From contig CM120649.1 of NCBI GenBank assembly GCA_051362555.1, forward strand, positions 18,118,567 through 18,182,566: a stretch of 64,000 bases of DNA, written 5' to 3'. The DNA is from Lingula anatina (Eukaryota > Animalia > Brachiopoda). Every line of letters begins with the position of its first letter. Positions within the stretch are counted from its first letter, which is position 1. Of the stretch, positions 1 through 12,622 are shown one piece after another. The position numbers and the translations under genes are program-made. The notes below the pieces were generated by a model that worked only from the letters and a program-made list of their open reading frames with translations, was not told the origin of the DNA and made no database searches.

Positions 1-1687
1 CACAATCTTCTTGTTTTAACTCTAAAATAGTACCGACTTCTTCAAGATTAAAGGCAGCGGGGAATATGTGCAGTGAAAGAAACACCTTCCTTGCTTCCTC
101 GTTCAGTGTTTCATAAGAAATATCAAAGCAAGTTGTGATTTCATTTGGCATGCTGGGAATGGAAAGAGTTGGTAATGTATTTTGAGTGTGTATCTTTTCT
201 AATACTGTTTTTGTTGTTTTGGTGTTGAGTAACGCAGCTAGCAGTTTCATTGCAAGGGGGTTATGGCCACATTTTTGTGCCATTTCATCTAAATCCGCCG
301 ACTCACAGTCCGTGGGATTCGTGGATTTTCTTTCCCAAAGGACTTGACGTGATGCGGTTTTATCAAGTGGAGGAATGTCTAACAGAACTATGTCATGTGT
401 TGTGAAATCAAACCTTTCACGACTGGTGCATAACAAAGTGATATGATTGGTTGAATCCATTACATCCCTCACAAATTCACAAAACTCGTGTCTGTTTAAA
501 CTGAGAACAGAGTCGTTATTGTCGAGAATGAGGAGTGTGTCTGAACTTAAACGAGACAAAGTATGTGTGAAAATATTTTGATAATCAGAATATAAATCTT
601 TCAAATCACGTGTTGGATGATAATGCTGGACAAGTGATAACTTGACAGAATTAAGATCTGTTACTTGTCTCATATCAACGTACAGCACATTAAGCATGTT
701 TTGCCCGACCTTAACCGCTATACTAGTCTTACCGATACCCCCCATGCCGGTCAGGAGAATGAGTGGAGCTTTTTCACTGATATGTTGCTGTATCGTGGAA
801 ATGATGTCATCACGTCCCTTAAGATCCGTGTTTCTTCTTGGTAACTTCGTGAGGAGCAGCTGGCAAGGGGTTTCTGAAAAGAATTAAGTTTAATGAGACG
901 AGCTTAATAAAAAATTGAAGTCATCATTCAATCAGCTGTACTTCTATAACTCCATGATTCTATCTTCATTAATTAGTTCCAGACGAATGGATGACTGTAT
1001 GTGAAAGTTTATAAGCTCGTTGTGTGACAGCGCACATGTTTATGTGTGTTTATTTAGATGCATGTTTATTCATTTAAGGTTTTATAGATGTGAATTATTA
1101 TTCAAGTGTTGCGAAAATCTACCTGAGGCATCCAATGGCTGAATCACTAACTTGTCGTAGTCATCACTAGAGTACAATGTAGACAGAGACAGAAGGGTAG
1201 TTTTCAGACCATTGAACTGCTTCTGGAAATCTGCGTCTGAGAGACCCTCTGTTGCATGAGCGTTCTTATTGCGGTACCTCTTCACCCTAGCGATGTTGGC
1301 TTCAGTCGATTTGTCCGTTGCTCGAGGATTGACCCAACTTGCATTAGAATTCAGGTTTGTGATATTTCTTAATAAAACTACGGTCAGGGTAATATCCAAG
1401 CTCTGCAGTGTCACAGGAGGTGCAGGGCTCTCAGGAGGGTAGAGAATGTTCTTTTGACTAGGGTTCAAAATGTTCCTTCTTTTAAGTTTGAGTAAGGAAT
1501 GTTTCACTGTTTGGTCATTTAGGACACCAGATATGTTCCCATTACTTGATGGTCCAAAGAGACCCGGGTATTTTAACTGTAACTGGTTACTGAGAACATC
1601 TCGAAGTACTAGTATCCCACGATCCAGTAGCAGTTGCATGCGGAAATGGTTTTCTTTCTCCTTACGAGGAATCTCTTCACTGGCCAT
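1..1687 (-). CDS. STAND NTPase with N-terminal DZIP3-like HEPN domain and NB-ARC/AP-ATPase-type domain (5' part; coding exons 1687-1123 and 873-<1)
   Basis: First coding exon (acceptor TTTTTGCAG before 1696, ATG at 1687, GT donor after 1123, phase 1) encodes LDITLTVVLLRN...ANIARVKRYRNKNAH, the HEPN_DZIP3 pattern with R-x4-H at 1273-1256. The next exon (acceptor TTTTCAG before 873) stays open to the window edge: LPRRNTDLKGRDD, Walker A LTGMGGIGKTS (~755-723), Walker B LLILDN (~535-518), CTSR (~430-419), CGHNPLAM (GxP motif, ~273-250), FDISYETL...VFLSLHIFP. Confidence 0.88.
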
Positions 1688-3684
1688 TTCTGAGATCTGC
1701 AAAAAGGCCATAGAGACGTTTGAGGGTTAATCAATACATTTTAAATTTATCGTTATTATATTTAAGGTAAGATAAATACTTTATGAAACAACTACTGACA
1801 GTATTGCAAAGACGTATTTTTAAAAATAAAACTAAGTATTACATCTATGTTGTACTTTTAAATAACTTTTACTTCATACCTGTATGCATGGTGCACGGTA
1901 TTATTATGAAGTGTTTAAGGTTGAAAGTGTGTGCTTTGGGATATAAATGTGTATGTTCTTCTGGTATGAATTGGTTTTATACTCTTTAATAATAAAAATG
2001 GGTATTATAGCATAGTTGATTGTACCTGTACGCATGATGTGATTTCCACACATTTGTTCCAAATCACATATACCACTTCTGTCTTTTCATACTTATGGAA
2101 CAAACAACATTTACTGGCTACAGGAGGGTAATTTATCCTACCCAAAGGGAAAAAATAATGCAAGATATACAGCACAGGGATAAAAAATGAGTAGAAAGCA
2201 CCGAAAAAATATTTGATAATAAAGATTGCGTATCCAGTCATAAGGGCGCGAGCCAAAGACAATTAACATAACCCTATACTACGATAAACATTGTCCCACT
2301 ATTTACTAAGTTAGTAATAACTTTTTAAATTGGTGCATTCTGCTATTACAAGCCACATATATTTTTCCTACTATACGGCATTGCATGGTACAGTACTAGT
2401 ACTAATCTGTGACATTGTTCCTTTTAAAACTAATAGACCTTAAATTTGATCCCGTGCATCCATAAATTGGCTTTGTTTAATCAGAAATGTATAGGCTTAT
2501 GCCGGTAATTTTTGTTCATGTTCGTGCATGTTTCTCAGATGTAAACATTTCAGAAATAAGTCACAAATTAAACTGATGATTTTGCATGTATAGGACTAAT
2601 TTCCTTCTTTGCTTTGACATTTCGTCTAAAGCACAGAGTACGGATGTTTGGAAAAAAAAACCTTATCATTTTTATCATTATTATTTGGCATGCTTCATAC
2701 ACATGTATGTGTGGCAGATTGAAGCATTGCTGAATGCACCAGTTGTATGTCCAGCTTTTTTTATTTGTCTGTTAAAATGTACAGACGGAATCATTACCAA
2801 ATGCGTGAGAGGAACGTAGAGTTCAGTTTTGATTGCTTCAGTAGAACTTTGCCGTGGGTGTGCCATGCTTATGGTAGTATTGGTTTTCACTCGCTGATGT
2901 CTTAAATAACATGTGTTGTATTTTACAGAAAAAATAACTACTGTACTTTCGTCAATCCACAAAATGGTGCCATTTGTTTTTCTATAAATGATAGCCATGC
3001 ACTGTGACATGTATACTATTTTATAGCAGTTTTCACGTCTAAGATTATGGACTGGGGTCGCAATCTGTGACTTTTGTGGTATTTTGATATTAATTAAACA
3101 GATTAAACACCGTCCCTGCGAGAGTTAATTTTTGCTGCCTTAACCCCGTGCTGTAAATAGCGCGTCGTTACACAAACAGGAGAATACCAATACCTGAATT
3201 ACTGACCTATAGTACAATGAACGCTTACAATGCACATAGCAACATGGCGCAATGTTTATTAAGTTAAAGTGAAAGAAGGACGTACGGTACTATTTCCCCA
3301 AAGAATAAGTTTATAAATCTAGGAGAAAAAACAACCCACACCATAGCACATCTATAAGCGTATGGAAACCAAGTGTTATGATGATAGCTAGACTGTGTCA
3401 TGAACATATACTTTGGTAGCATTATTGAACTTACCGTGAGTTGACTTTAATCGAAATACACTTGTGTCGAGCCGCTTGCTTCTTCCTTTTAACGGCGTAT
3501 TACTGGATAAGAGCTCAACTTTGTCAGTGTACTTCTACAGTATAATTATATGATAATGTTAAGACGATGATATACACCGTCTTTGGCATAAATGAACATC
3601 TAGCCCTGGCAACCAGTCAGTGTACGTGTAAACCCTGCCTCTGATTCAGACCCAGTGTGTGGAGGGGACCACAAAATATAAAGG

Positions 3685-3723
3685 GTCACATGACTCATCT
3701 GGGTTTTTTTGAAGGGAAACTTT
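3685..3723. promoter_or_regulatory. Possible promoter motif cluster of the HEPN-NTPase gene (E-box overlapping AP-1 site, partial kappaB-like site)
   Basis: GTCACATGAC (3685-3694) overlaps TGACTCA (3691-3697); GGGAAACTTT at 3714-3723. Lies ~250 bp upstream of a candidate minus-strand donor (CG|GTAAGT at 3435) that could end a non-coding first exon. Motif matches only. Confidence 0.25.
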
Positions 3724-5864
3724 TTTAGTCACTTAAAAGAAAAATGCTTTCTGGTGAAACAAATTTTTTCCATTTGATAAATATTGATTTAGATATCTCA
3801 ATAATAATTATTTTAGCGGACTCAGTGACCTCCTTTCTCAATAAAAAAAGAAAAATATGCGTGTTTTGTAATACACAATAGCCTATATATGGCTTGACCT
3901 CAATAAGGTCAGCGTGCGTTCAAGGTCATCATATCCACATTAACAAAATGACATCTCTACTCAGCATGTCAGGGGCGCACCCATCCATGTACTTTTGAAT
4001 CACTGACATAGGATTCATTTCGGACCTGACATGATATAGGATACTATTAATAATTTTAAGTTTGGGATTTATTTTTACAAAAAAAAGAAAGTTTAATGAA
4101 GCATGGGCGCGGGGAGGGTGTGGAAGGTGAAATGGTGCAGTGTTAAGTAGTTTACATGTACTCACTGACAACAGGGTGCGCTAGTGGTTTGGTACAAATG
4201 GTATATTACGTTTAATTTTCTTTTCGGCAAAAAAAAAAAAAAAAAAAAAAACAGTCTGAATGTTGCTCCGTTTTTGCATTCATTCCATCTGTCAGAAAAT
4301 ATGTCGAATAAAACTGGAAAAGTGATCTTAAATGTAATATCTTTCTGCTTGATTTTCCACAAAATCTTGAATTTGCTCAAATAAGCAAATACAAGTGAGA
4401 ATATGTATCGAGTTGACATTTTTCAGACACCGTTCATTTGAACACAGCTTGTGGACACTCGTGGAGCGTATCAGTAGCTACTTCATCATTCCCTTAAGTG
4501 GTGAATTAACTGTTCACATTATAATCAATACCGTGATAGTAAACAGCACTAGTAGACGGAGCTGCCTCCCCTCACCCACGGTCTTAATTCTACGGATGCA
4601 GCACTAATGGGTCATGGCACAGGTGCGGGGGTACATGTACGTATCTGTCTTCGTCTCTATTTACACATTTGTTCTTACTTGTTCATCCTGGAATACCTGT
4701 CAACCAATATTTGCACCCTCCTCTTCTGGAGCACAACCGTGGATCGCCAAGCACCACTAACACAATCCGAGACCAGACGCTGAGGTCGGGAGACAAAGGT
4801 TTTTTCTAAAAAATCTATTCGTTTCATAGCTGTATCTCGTAACAGCGTGCGTGGTTTCAGAACTGTTTTTATGGGAGGTGTATAGAGGACACGTGTTGCA
4901 CTAAAAAAGGACTTTGGAGCTTAAAATTGGCATCAATTTGTTCACAATAAAGGCTTTTTCCTTTTTCTGTTTCATTGTTCCAAGCCTAATTAACCGTTTG
5001 CAGCAATTGATTTTGCCACACACCTGAAGACATTTTGGAATGCAAACCGAATATAAAAAAAATAATATGTAATATGTATTTAAGAAATAAAATGATTTAT
5101 AAGAGGACTTGGGGGATGCGAAATGTTTTATTCTAAATGGTTCCATTAGCAGAAAGGGATAGTGTTCCGAAGGAATTAAAAAACTACTTCAAAGATGAAT
5201 ATTTGTATCATTCAACTGACCCAGATCGTTCTCCCACGACGTGAACTTAGATCACGATCAATAAAACTCCCTTTGTCATGTGAAGGTGAGATTTACATCT
5301 ATCGGAAAAGATTGGCTCCTCGTCTTTTTTTGCCCATTAATTGTCAGCGAATGTTTAGCAGCGTGTGGTGTACGTAACGATGATCTGCAAGTATGTGTGT
5401 TGAATTTTGCGTTGAATGTTTTACATGTAGGCTCGCGTATCGGCGATGTAACGGTTCAATTAATCTTAAAATCGTTCGTCTCCAACCATGAAATTTTTAC
5501 TGTTTTTTTTTTTTTTTTTTTTTTTTTTGTAATTTAAAATGCAGTAATCACATAGGGTTGGACTCCAAGGTATAAAAAAGAACTACTTGATTTTGCAAAA
5601 AAACATTAGAATGAATAATGGCATCGGTAAACCGTAAATTACCAATACATACAAAACACTTAAATCGCCTCCATAATGGAAATTGTACTGATTGTATAGC
5701 ATTAATAAACCATCCAAAACGGGCTGGCTGTCTAAGGTTTGTAGACAGCACATCTATTTATGAAACGTGTGCACTCAACAGAAATCCGTTTCTACCAAGC
5801 GTAGGAGAACTGATTCAGTGCTGGATCAGACAAAGTCTAACCTAGCTTAAAATAAAAATAGAAA

Positions 5865-5901
<37 letters not shown>

Positions 5902-5980
5902 AACAATATCCATACGGTTACATTTGGAAGAGAATTAAGCGCAGTGAGAGCTTTGGCACTTTGAAAGAAAATGTTAAAGA

Positions 5981-5981
<1 letters not shown>

Positions 5982-6053
<72 letters not shown>
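5982..6053. repeat. (AT)n microsatellite
   Basis: Pure AT dinucleotide run. Similar runs at ~31542-31585, 43651-43716, 49878-49918, 60274-60334, 63629-63683. Confidence 0.95.
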
Positions 6054-6057
<4 letters not shown>

Positions 6058-6263
6058 ACAGTCACTAATATCCCTGGTGATAAAACGAGCGAAATAAGGT
6101 AAATATTTTTCTATATATAAATACATAGAGAATCATAAGTAAGACTATAGTTAATTCGTAAAATGTATTTTGAGAAAAGTACCATCATACTGGAATGTAC
6201 CATTTATTACTAAAGCAATATTAACAAAGTCATGCCGTGTGTAAAATTACCGACACAATATCA

Positions 6264-6556
6264 TGCCCGCACGAAAACGCAGTAGATGCTCCAGCGCAGT
6301 AGACTACTGTACTGCAATCATACTGCAAATATGCCTCAAATCTGCTTCGCATTGGGAGCTAATTAGCATATTTGAAACATGCTTCTATCATGCTGCTAAT
6401 CTACTGCATTAATGCTCCTCCTCTGTACAACCCTATGTAATTTTTGAAGTAGAATTGCAGTAGGGTATACTGCATTTCTACTGCAAATATGCTCCACACC
6501 ACTACTGCGTTAATGCTTCTTTGCTACTTCGATACTACTGCATTTTCGTGCGGGCA
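6264..6556. mobile_element. MITE (~290 bp) with 22-bp terminal inverted repeats
   Basis: TGCCCGCACGAAAACGCAGTAG ... CTACTGCATTTTCGTGCGGGCA (1 mismatch), internal CTACTGC/GCAGTAG repeats. Paralogous spacers at ~17411 (ACACAATATCACCTACAGG) and ~22392 lack it. Confidence 0.85.
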
Positions 6557-8435
6557 CCCACAGGAGAGTTTTTGTTGAAATTGAGAAGCTTCGAATGATT
6601 TGCTCTCTTTACACCAGGCCCCTTGCAACACTTTAAAATATACTTGTTATAACAAGAACATTTTAGAAGGAAACAAGAGTCTATGAGTAAAAAACCCATA
6701 ACATCAGAAAAACATCTTGGGCTTAACAAAGTGAAACCATGGCGTTTTAAACTTCATGTATATCGCTATGATACTAAAATAGATACTTAAATCAAAATTG
6801 TGCTATTGCAATATACGAGCTCCGGAAGAAGTAAAGTATTAGATGCATAAAACGTGAGAGATACATATCAAGATATTTCAATCAGAAGGGTATGTATGCA
6901 TGAAAACGAAAATTGTCTTCATTTCGTCAAATATCAATATATTTTTCCTTCTCCGTTTATATAATAGATTTGCATTAAAATATATCAAGATGAATTTGCT
7001 AACTAGATATCATGCAGCAGTGTTTAGGGGGCAAAAAACTATAATATCGTTTTCCAAAATATCTCCCTAACCTAAACAGCTAACAACGCCATTTTAACGC
7101 CCGTCTCATTTATCACAACGAAAAGTTCTCCAGTGTACTAGAAACTCGTCTTACACTGTCTCCAAGCAGTTGTCCTCATAATAGTCATATCCAGTGTCTG
7201 CCTGCAAGTCGCCAGACTGGGCAGTACTGGGCAGAAGTTCACAGACACATTGGTCGTTTCCAGCACAGAGAACGTTTATGGCCACACACTTCCAGTTTTG
7301 CAAACAGGAGATGCTGCATTCGGTTCGGCTACCGACATTCAGCGTGGACATGGGCACGAGGGTAGCGCGCGCACCTGCTGCTACCCGTTTGAATGTAGTT
7401 GATGTCGTAACACCTATACAAAAAAAACATTAATTAACTACAAGACTTAAAAACTTATAACAAAGACGTGCTAGAACCTGATTGACCGGTCATTTCAACG
7501 CTGAATTAATCAGCAAAGATGTAAGAATTGTAGATATTTTTATTCACGCCCTTCAAAACTAATAGTAATATTTTCATGTACGAAATGTGGTATATCGCAG
7601 CTTGAGGTCCGCCTGTGAATGCGATTTTGAGAAACTATAAACTCACCATGAACTTCCACTTCACAAAGTTGCAATGGATCATCGTCACTCATTTAATGAT
7701 CAAGACATATCGTCCTCTCAGTGGTGACCCACAGGACAGAGACATGTTCCCCACAGGTGCCACCCCCGGGTAACTGGCGCAGAGTTTGTACTGGGTGAAT
7801 GATGAATTATCCACATAAGTGGTTCCGACCCTCACTTCGAAATTATTCAAACGGTCAGCTGAAAATAAAAGTAGTAAATGGTAAAATATGAGATTACACT
7901 TATACAGGGGGTATCATACTTTTCTTGGATGTCATGTACGGTGAAGTAGGCACGTGGATGAATAAATTGTCACAATTATTTGAAGAAATACATGTATATA
8001 GTTACACAATATCATCTTCGTTGCAGATATATCATTTTTTAGCAGATCGAACTTAACATTCCTATACTTACGACAATAAAAACAGCAGCGACATATCTTT
8101 AATAAATTAGGATCACTGTAAATGCAAAATATATGAAGCACCAAAAATCTTACAACAGCAGTCGCCACGGTTTGTTATAATTACACCAGCCACCCTCTCC
8201 GTGCGTAGTAAGTCTACCAGCCACCATTGACCCTGACCCAAATCAGTATGGGTACAACTCAAATGGTACATGGAGTCGTCATAGTTACCATCCACAGCAA
8301 GACTGGCAGCTAGGCGCACCAACTCTAGGATAATCGTAGAACTTTGGTAGGCGGGTTTGCCTTTGGCCAAATTCTGCGTGCAACCTCTGCATAGTGCCCC
8401 ATCTGCCGGGGAGAGATAACAACAAAACCAATTAC

Positions 8436-8583
8436 TGTTGCATATTATAATGTAATTAACATATCTCCCATAATGCATTGTTCTTTCTCTACCAGTTAGC
8501 CAGCATGGCTGGATGTGTTATGTAATAAATGAGTTATTAAAAAATGTTAACTTGAGTTACATAACAACAGAAAAACTACGACA
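8436..8583 (+). repeat. 5' LTR
   Basis: Identical by eye to 12922-13069. Confidence 0.95.
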
Positions 8584-8695
8584 TGGTGTCAGAATCGGGA
8601 TCTACATTGGATGTAGCATAATTTGGAGATTGGATGACCCACAAACTACAAGATAAAAACGGATTTAGAATCACTAAAAAAAAAAGGAAAAAAAA

Positions 8696-11600
8696 ATGGA
8701 GCACATGTATGGGATACAGCCGCCTCACATGGACTGGGAATCCATGGACTTACCGCGTACGTTCAAACTTTTCAAGGAAAAGTGTGAATTGATATTCCAA
8801 GGACCTTTAGATGCTGTGTCAGAGGAAAGACAAGTGAAATTTCTTCTCCTTTGGATCGGAGAAAAAGGCCGCGAAATTGTGAAAACTTTTAACATTGATG
8901 ATCTAGATGTGTTGACCTCGTATTGGCAAAAATTGGAAGAATACACAAAGCCCAAGAGTAACTTTCGAATTCAGAGATTTAAACTTAGAGCATGCAGACA
9001 AGAAGCAGGTGAGAGCATTGATTCTTTTGTCAGACGAATCAGACTCGTGGCAAATGAATGCAAATATACAGATGTTGATCAACACATAATTGACACACTG
9101 ATTTTTGGCACTAACTCGGAGCGAATTCAGGCGAAATTATTACAAAGAGAGGACGATTTGACTCTAGATCAGGCTCTTGTCATTGCACGAACAGAGGAAG
9201 CAACTAAGAAACAGATTGAGGATCTTCACAGTACATCGGCAAAGGAAATTCATGCACTACGGCCAAGTGGAAACAGTCAAAGAGGGAGACCGCGTTACAG
9301 ACAGCCACAACCTCGCACTCCTCGCCAGCAAACTCAATCAAAGGTACCAAACAAGCAACGCTCACGACAGCCACTGCAAGAATGTGGTAAGTGTGGAACT
9401 GAACATGTTTTTCAACAGTGCCCAGCTAAAGGTACAATTTGTCTCAGATGTGGCAAGCCAGATCACTGGAAAAGGGTATGTAGAACAAAAACAGTAACTG
9501 CATCGACCCATAGTAAAACTGTGCATTCAGTAGCAAATGAAAGTGACATTAGCAGTGTAAACCTTGACTCTATATATGTAGATAGTATTCAGTCAAAACA
9601 GTCCTCAGTTAAGCCATTTGCTGACATTGAAGTTAAAGTTGGGAACTCTACTTCAACATTACGTTGCAAAATAGACACTGGTGCTGAAGGAAATGTAATA
9701 CCACTGTCTTCTTTCAAAAAACTTGCAATTAAGCAACCACTAAAGCCTACGAATGACACGATTACTGCATATGGTGGCAGTAAGTTACCAGTATGTGGAA
9801 TAGCAACATTGACATTCACAAATGACAAGGTCATGGTGACCTCAGACAGCTATATTGTGGACTGTGAAGGACCAGTTATACTAGGAATGGAAACCAGTCA
9901 GAAACTGGGACTTGTTACTCTGAACATAAATACAGTGACAAGACAGTCCATACTATCAGAGTATAAGGATATCTTTGAAGGTATCGGGAAATTGGATGGG
10001 GAATATCACATAAATATTGACCCCACTGTTTCTCCTGTTGTTCACCCACCACGGCGTGTACCTATTGCATTGCAGCCAGCACTCAAGGAGGAGTTGGACT
10101 CTCTCGTTGAGCAAGGGATCCTGTCACCAGTCACACAACCAACGAAATGGGTAAACTCGTGTGTATGTGTTACCAAACCCAATGGAAAAATACGTCTCTG
10201 CCTGGATCCAAAAGACTTAAATACGGCAATTAGACGTCCACACCACTACACACCAACACTGGATGACATCCTACCTCAACTGAGTGGCGCACGTTATTTC
10301 AGTATACTTGACCTTCGGAGTGGGTATTGGAATATCACGTTAGATGAAGAAAGTTCTCTTCTGACTACCTTCAATACGCCCTTCGGAAGATTTAGATACA
10401 ACAGACTACCCTTTGGCCTCTCGCTATCTCAAGACGTCTTCCAGGCCAAGATTGAAGAAGTATTCAAAGACATTCCAGGGTGTACTGGAATCGCCGACGA
10501 CCTCATCATAGCAGGTTGGCAGAAAGACGGATCTGACCACGATGCGACTCTGCGCGTTGTATTAGATACAGCCAGAAGAAAGGGGATACGCTTTAATGAG
10601 GACAAGATGATTCTTAGAAAGGAGGAAATTCCATTCTTCGGTCACATTATAGGAAAAGACGGGCTAAAACCAGACCCAGCAAAGGTAGAAGCCATTAATG
10701 TAATGAATGAGCCGAGAAATGTATCCGAGCTACAAACATTCCTTGGGATGACAAATTATCTAAGCAGATACATTCCCCATATGTCTCAACTTACAGCCAG
10801 TCTCAGAGACCTGTGCAAGAAGGATAGTGTTTTTCAGTGGAATGCTGAACACAGTATTGCATTCAACGAGATAAAAAGAGAAATAGCAAACGCAACCAAC
10901 CTACAATTCTACGACAGTAGCAAGTCACTTACACTCCAAGTTGACGCTTCATCTTATGGATTAGGAGCTGCCTTAATCCAGGATAAAGGCCCAGTTGCAT
11001 ATGCTAGCAAAGCACTCACAGAAACAGAGTCACGTTACTCAAACATTGAACGCGAGATGTTAGCAGTAGTGTTTGGTCTTGAAAAGTTTCACCATTATGT
11101 CTATGGTAGACATGTTAAAGTAGAGACTGACCATAAGCCTCTAGAAGCCATTTTCAAGAAGCACCTACACAACGCACCACCGCGTCTGACTCGCATGTTG
11201 CTGAGAACGCAGTGTTATGACACAGAGATTGTGTATGTCCCAGGCAAAAATATAGGACTAGCTGATGCCCTCTCTCGCATGAAACCTTGTGATGGTGACG
11301 ACATCAAAGGACTTGACATTACAGTACATGAATTACACTCGTACATGAACGCAAGTCCAACACGCATTGAGCAAATTCGCGAGGAAACTAGTAAAGAACC
11401 ACAGCTAGCAGCTCTTCGTGAAATGATTTCTGTAGGATGGCCAGCTACACGCAGCGAGTGTCCAGAAATTCTTCACCCATACTGGAACTACCGTGATGAG
11501 TTAGGCATCGCAGATGGAATCATAATAAAGGGGAATAGGATGATTATTCCTACAGTACTTCGCCCTGACCTACTTAAACAGCTACATTATGCCCACCAGG

Positions 11601-12622
11601 GAGTGGAGAAATGTAAGCTACGTGCAAAATCGTCTGTATTCTGGCCTGGCATGAATAATGATATTGAGCACACAGTCGGACTGTGTCCACCTTGCCAGAA
11701 ACACCAAGCTGCCAACAGTAAGGAACCCTTATTGCCAGCAGATGTACCTCCCCGCGCATGGCACACATTAGCAGCAGATTTGTTCTATTGGAGACAAACT
11801 GACTACTTATTAGTTGCTGACCAGTACAGCAAATATCCTTTAGTGAGGAAACTTCCAAGTACATCATCAGGCAGTGTAATTGCACACTTAAAGAGCATAT
11901 TCGAGGAACATGGCATCCCTGAGATTCTTAAAACTGACAATGGACCTCAGTTTTCATCAGAAGGATTCAAAAACTTCGCAAACACTTGGGGATTTACGCA
12001 CATTACATCCTCACCTATGTATCCGCAGTCAAATGGATTCATAGAACGAATGGTACAGACTGTTAAAAGTCTATTTCAGAAAGCATGGGAATCAAATTCA
12101 GATCCCCACCTATCCATGTTATGTCTTCGCACAACACCCATTGATCACAACCTACCAGCGCCTTGTGAGTTATTGAATAACCGGAAGTATAAAACAAATA
12201 TTCCCGCTGGACAGTCACAGTTGAACTCCGACTACAATGTAGCATTACAGAAGAGACAGAACGCAAGTAAAACTTACTATGATCAGCATGCCAAACCGCT
12301 TGAACCTTTACATGAAGGAGAATTTGTTCGCATGTATGACACTCAGAATAATACATGGCAACCTGCCAAAGTTAAAACTGTATCAGACAAACCCAGATCT
12401 TATTATGTGGAATCCAATGGTGGAAATTACCGACGCAACCGGAAACACATTCATAAGACAAAAGAACATTTTGATTTCAGAAACAATGAGATTGAGGAAA
12501 CTGATGAACCTCTTGTTGACATTACAAACACAGAGACTGTTACAAAATGTGAAACACCTCAATCTCAACCTTTACGCAGATCAAGCAGGAACATTAAACC
12601 TCCAGAGAGACTGAACTTATGA
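8696..12622 (+). CDS. Gag-Pol polyprotein, 1308 aa (gag, zinc knuckles, aspartic protease, RT, RNase H, integrase)
   Basis: CGKCGTEH..C and CLRCGKPDHWKRVC knuckles, protease KIDTGA, RT LPFG...IADD, RNase H VDASSYGLGA...ETDHKPL, integrase H-H-C-C plus ADLF / TDNGPQF / NGFIER. Order PR-RT-RH-IN; no stops. Confidence 0.97.
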   Translation: MEHMYGIQPPHMDWESMDLPRTFKLFKEKCELIFQGPLDAVSEERQVKFLLLWIGEKGREIVKTFNIDDLDVLTSYWQKLEEYTKPKSNFRIQRFKLRACRQEAGESIDSFVRRIRLVANECKYTDVDQHIIDTLIFGTNSERIQAKLLQREDDLTLDQALVIARTEEATKKQIEDLHSTSAKEIHALRPSGNSQRGRPRYRQPQPRTPRQQTQSKVPNKQRSRQPLQECGKCGTEHVFQQCPAKGTICLRCGKPDHWKRVCRTKTVTASTHSKTVHSVANESDISSVNLDSIYVDSIQSKQSSVKPFADIEVKVGNSTSTLRCKIDTGAEGNVIPLSSFKKLAIKQPLKPTNDTITAYGGSKLPVCGIATLTFTNDKVMVTSDSYIVDCEGPVILGMETSQKLGLVTLNINTVTRQSILSEYKDIFEGIGKLDGEYHINIDPTVSPVVHPPRRVPIALQPALKEELDSLVEQGILSPVTQPTKWVNSCVCVTKPNGKIRLCLDPKDLNTAIRRPHHYTPTLDDILPQLSGARYFSILDLRSGYWNITLDEESSLLTTFNTPFGRFRYNRLPFGLSLSQDVFQAKIEEVFKDIPGCTGIADDLIIAGWQKDGSDHDATLRVVLDTARRKGIRFNEDKMILRKEEIPFFGHIIGKDGLKPDPAKVEAINVMNEPRNVSELQTFLGMTNYLSRYIPHMSQLTASLRDLCKKDSVFQWNAEHSIAFNEIKREIANATNLQFYDSSKSLTLQVDASSYGLGAALIQDKGPVAYASKALTETESRYSNIEREMLAVVFGLEKFHHYVYGRHVKVETDHKPLEAIFKKHLHNAPPRLTRMLLRTQCYDTEIVYVPGKNIGLADALSRMKPCDGDDIKGLDITVHELHSYMNASPTRIEQIREETSKEPQLAALREMISVGWPATRSECPEILHPYWNYRDELGIADGIIIKGNRMIIPTVLRPDLLKQLHYAHQGVEKCKLRAKSSVFWPGMNNDIEHTVGLCPPCQKHQAANSKEPLLPADVPPRAWHTLAADLFYWRQTDYLLVADQYSKYPLVRKLPSTSSGSVIAHLKSIFEEHGIPEILKTDNGPQFSSEGFKNFANTWGFTHITSSPMYPQSNGFIERMVQTVKSLFQKAWESNSDPHLSMLCLRTTPIDHNLPAPCELLNNRKYKTNIPAGQSQLNSDYNVALQKRQNASKTYYDQHAKPLEPLHEGEFVRMYDTQNNTWQPAKVKTVSDKPRSYYVESNGGNYRRNRKHIHKTKEHFDFRNNEIEETDEPLVDITNTETVTKCETPQSQPLRRSSRNIKPPERLNL

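Noticed and set aside
1082-1711. 209-aa ORF as a stand-alone protein
   Set aside because: It has a splice acceptor before 1696 and a donor after 1123 that joins in frame to the NTPase exon; both ORF ends are intronic read-through.
8160-8170. RGD tripeptide as an integrin-binding motif
   Set aside because: It is the R-x-D part of the F-type lectin fucose-binding motif, so no separate function is needed to explain it.
8696-12622. Reverse transcriptase next to variable repeats as a diversity-generating retroelement
   Set aside because: The RT is part of an ordinary Gypsy polyprotein with LTRs and a TSD; no template-repeat/variable-repeat pair with adenine-specific changes was seen, and loop variation includes indels and all base types.
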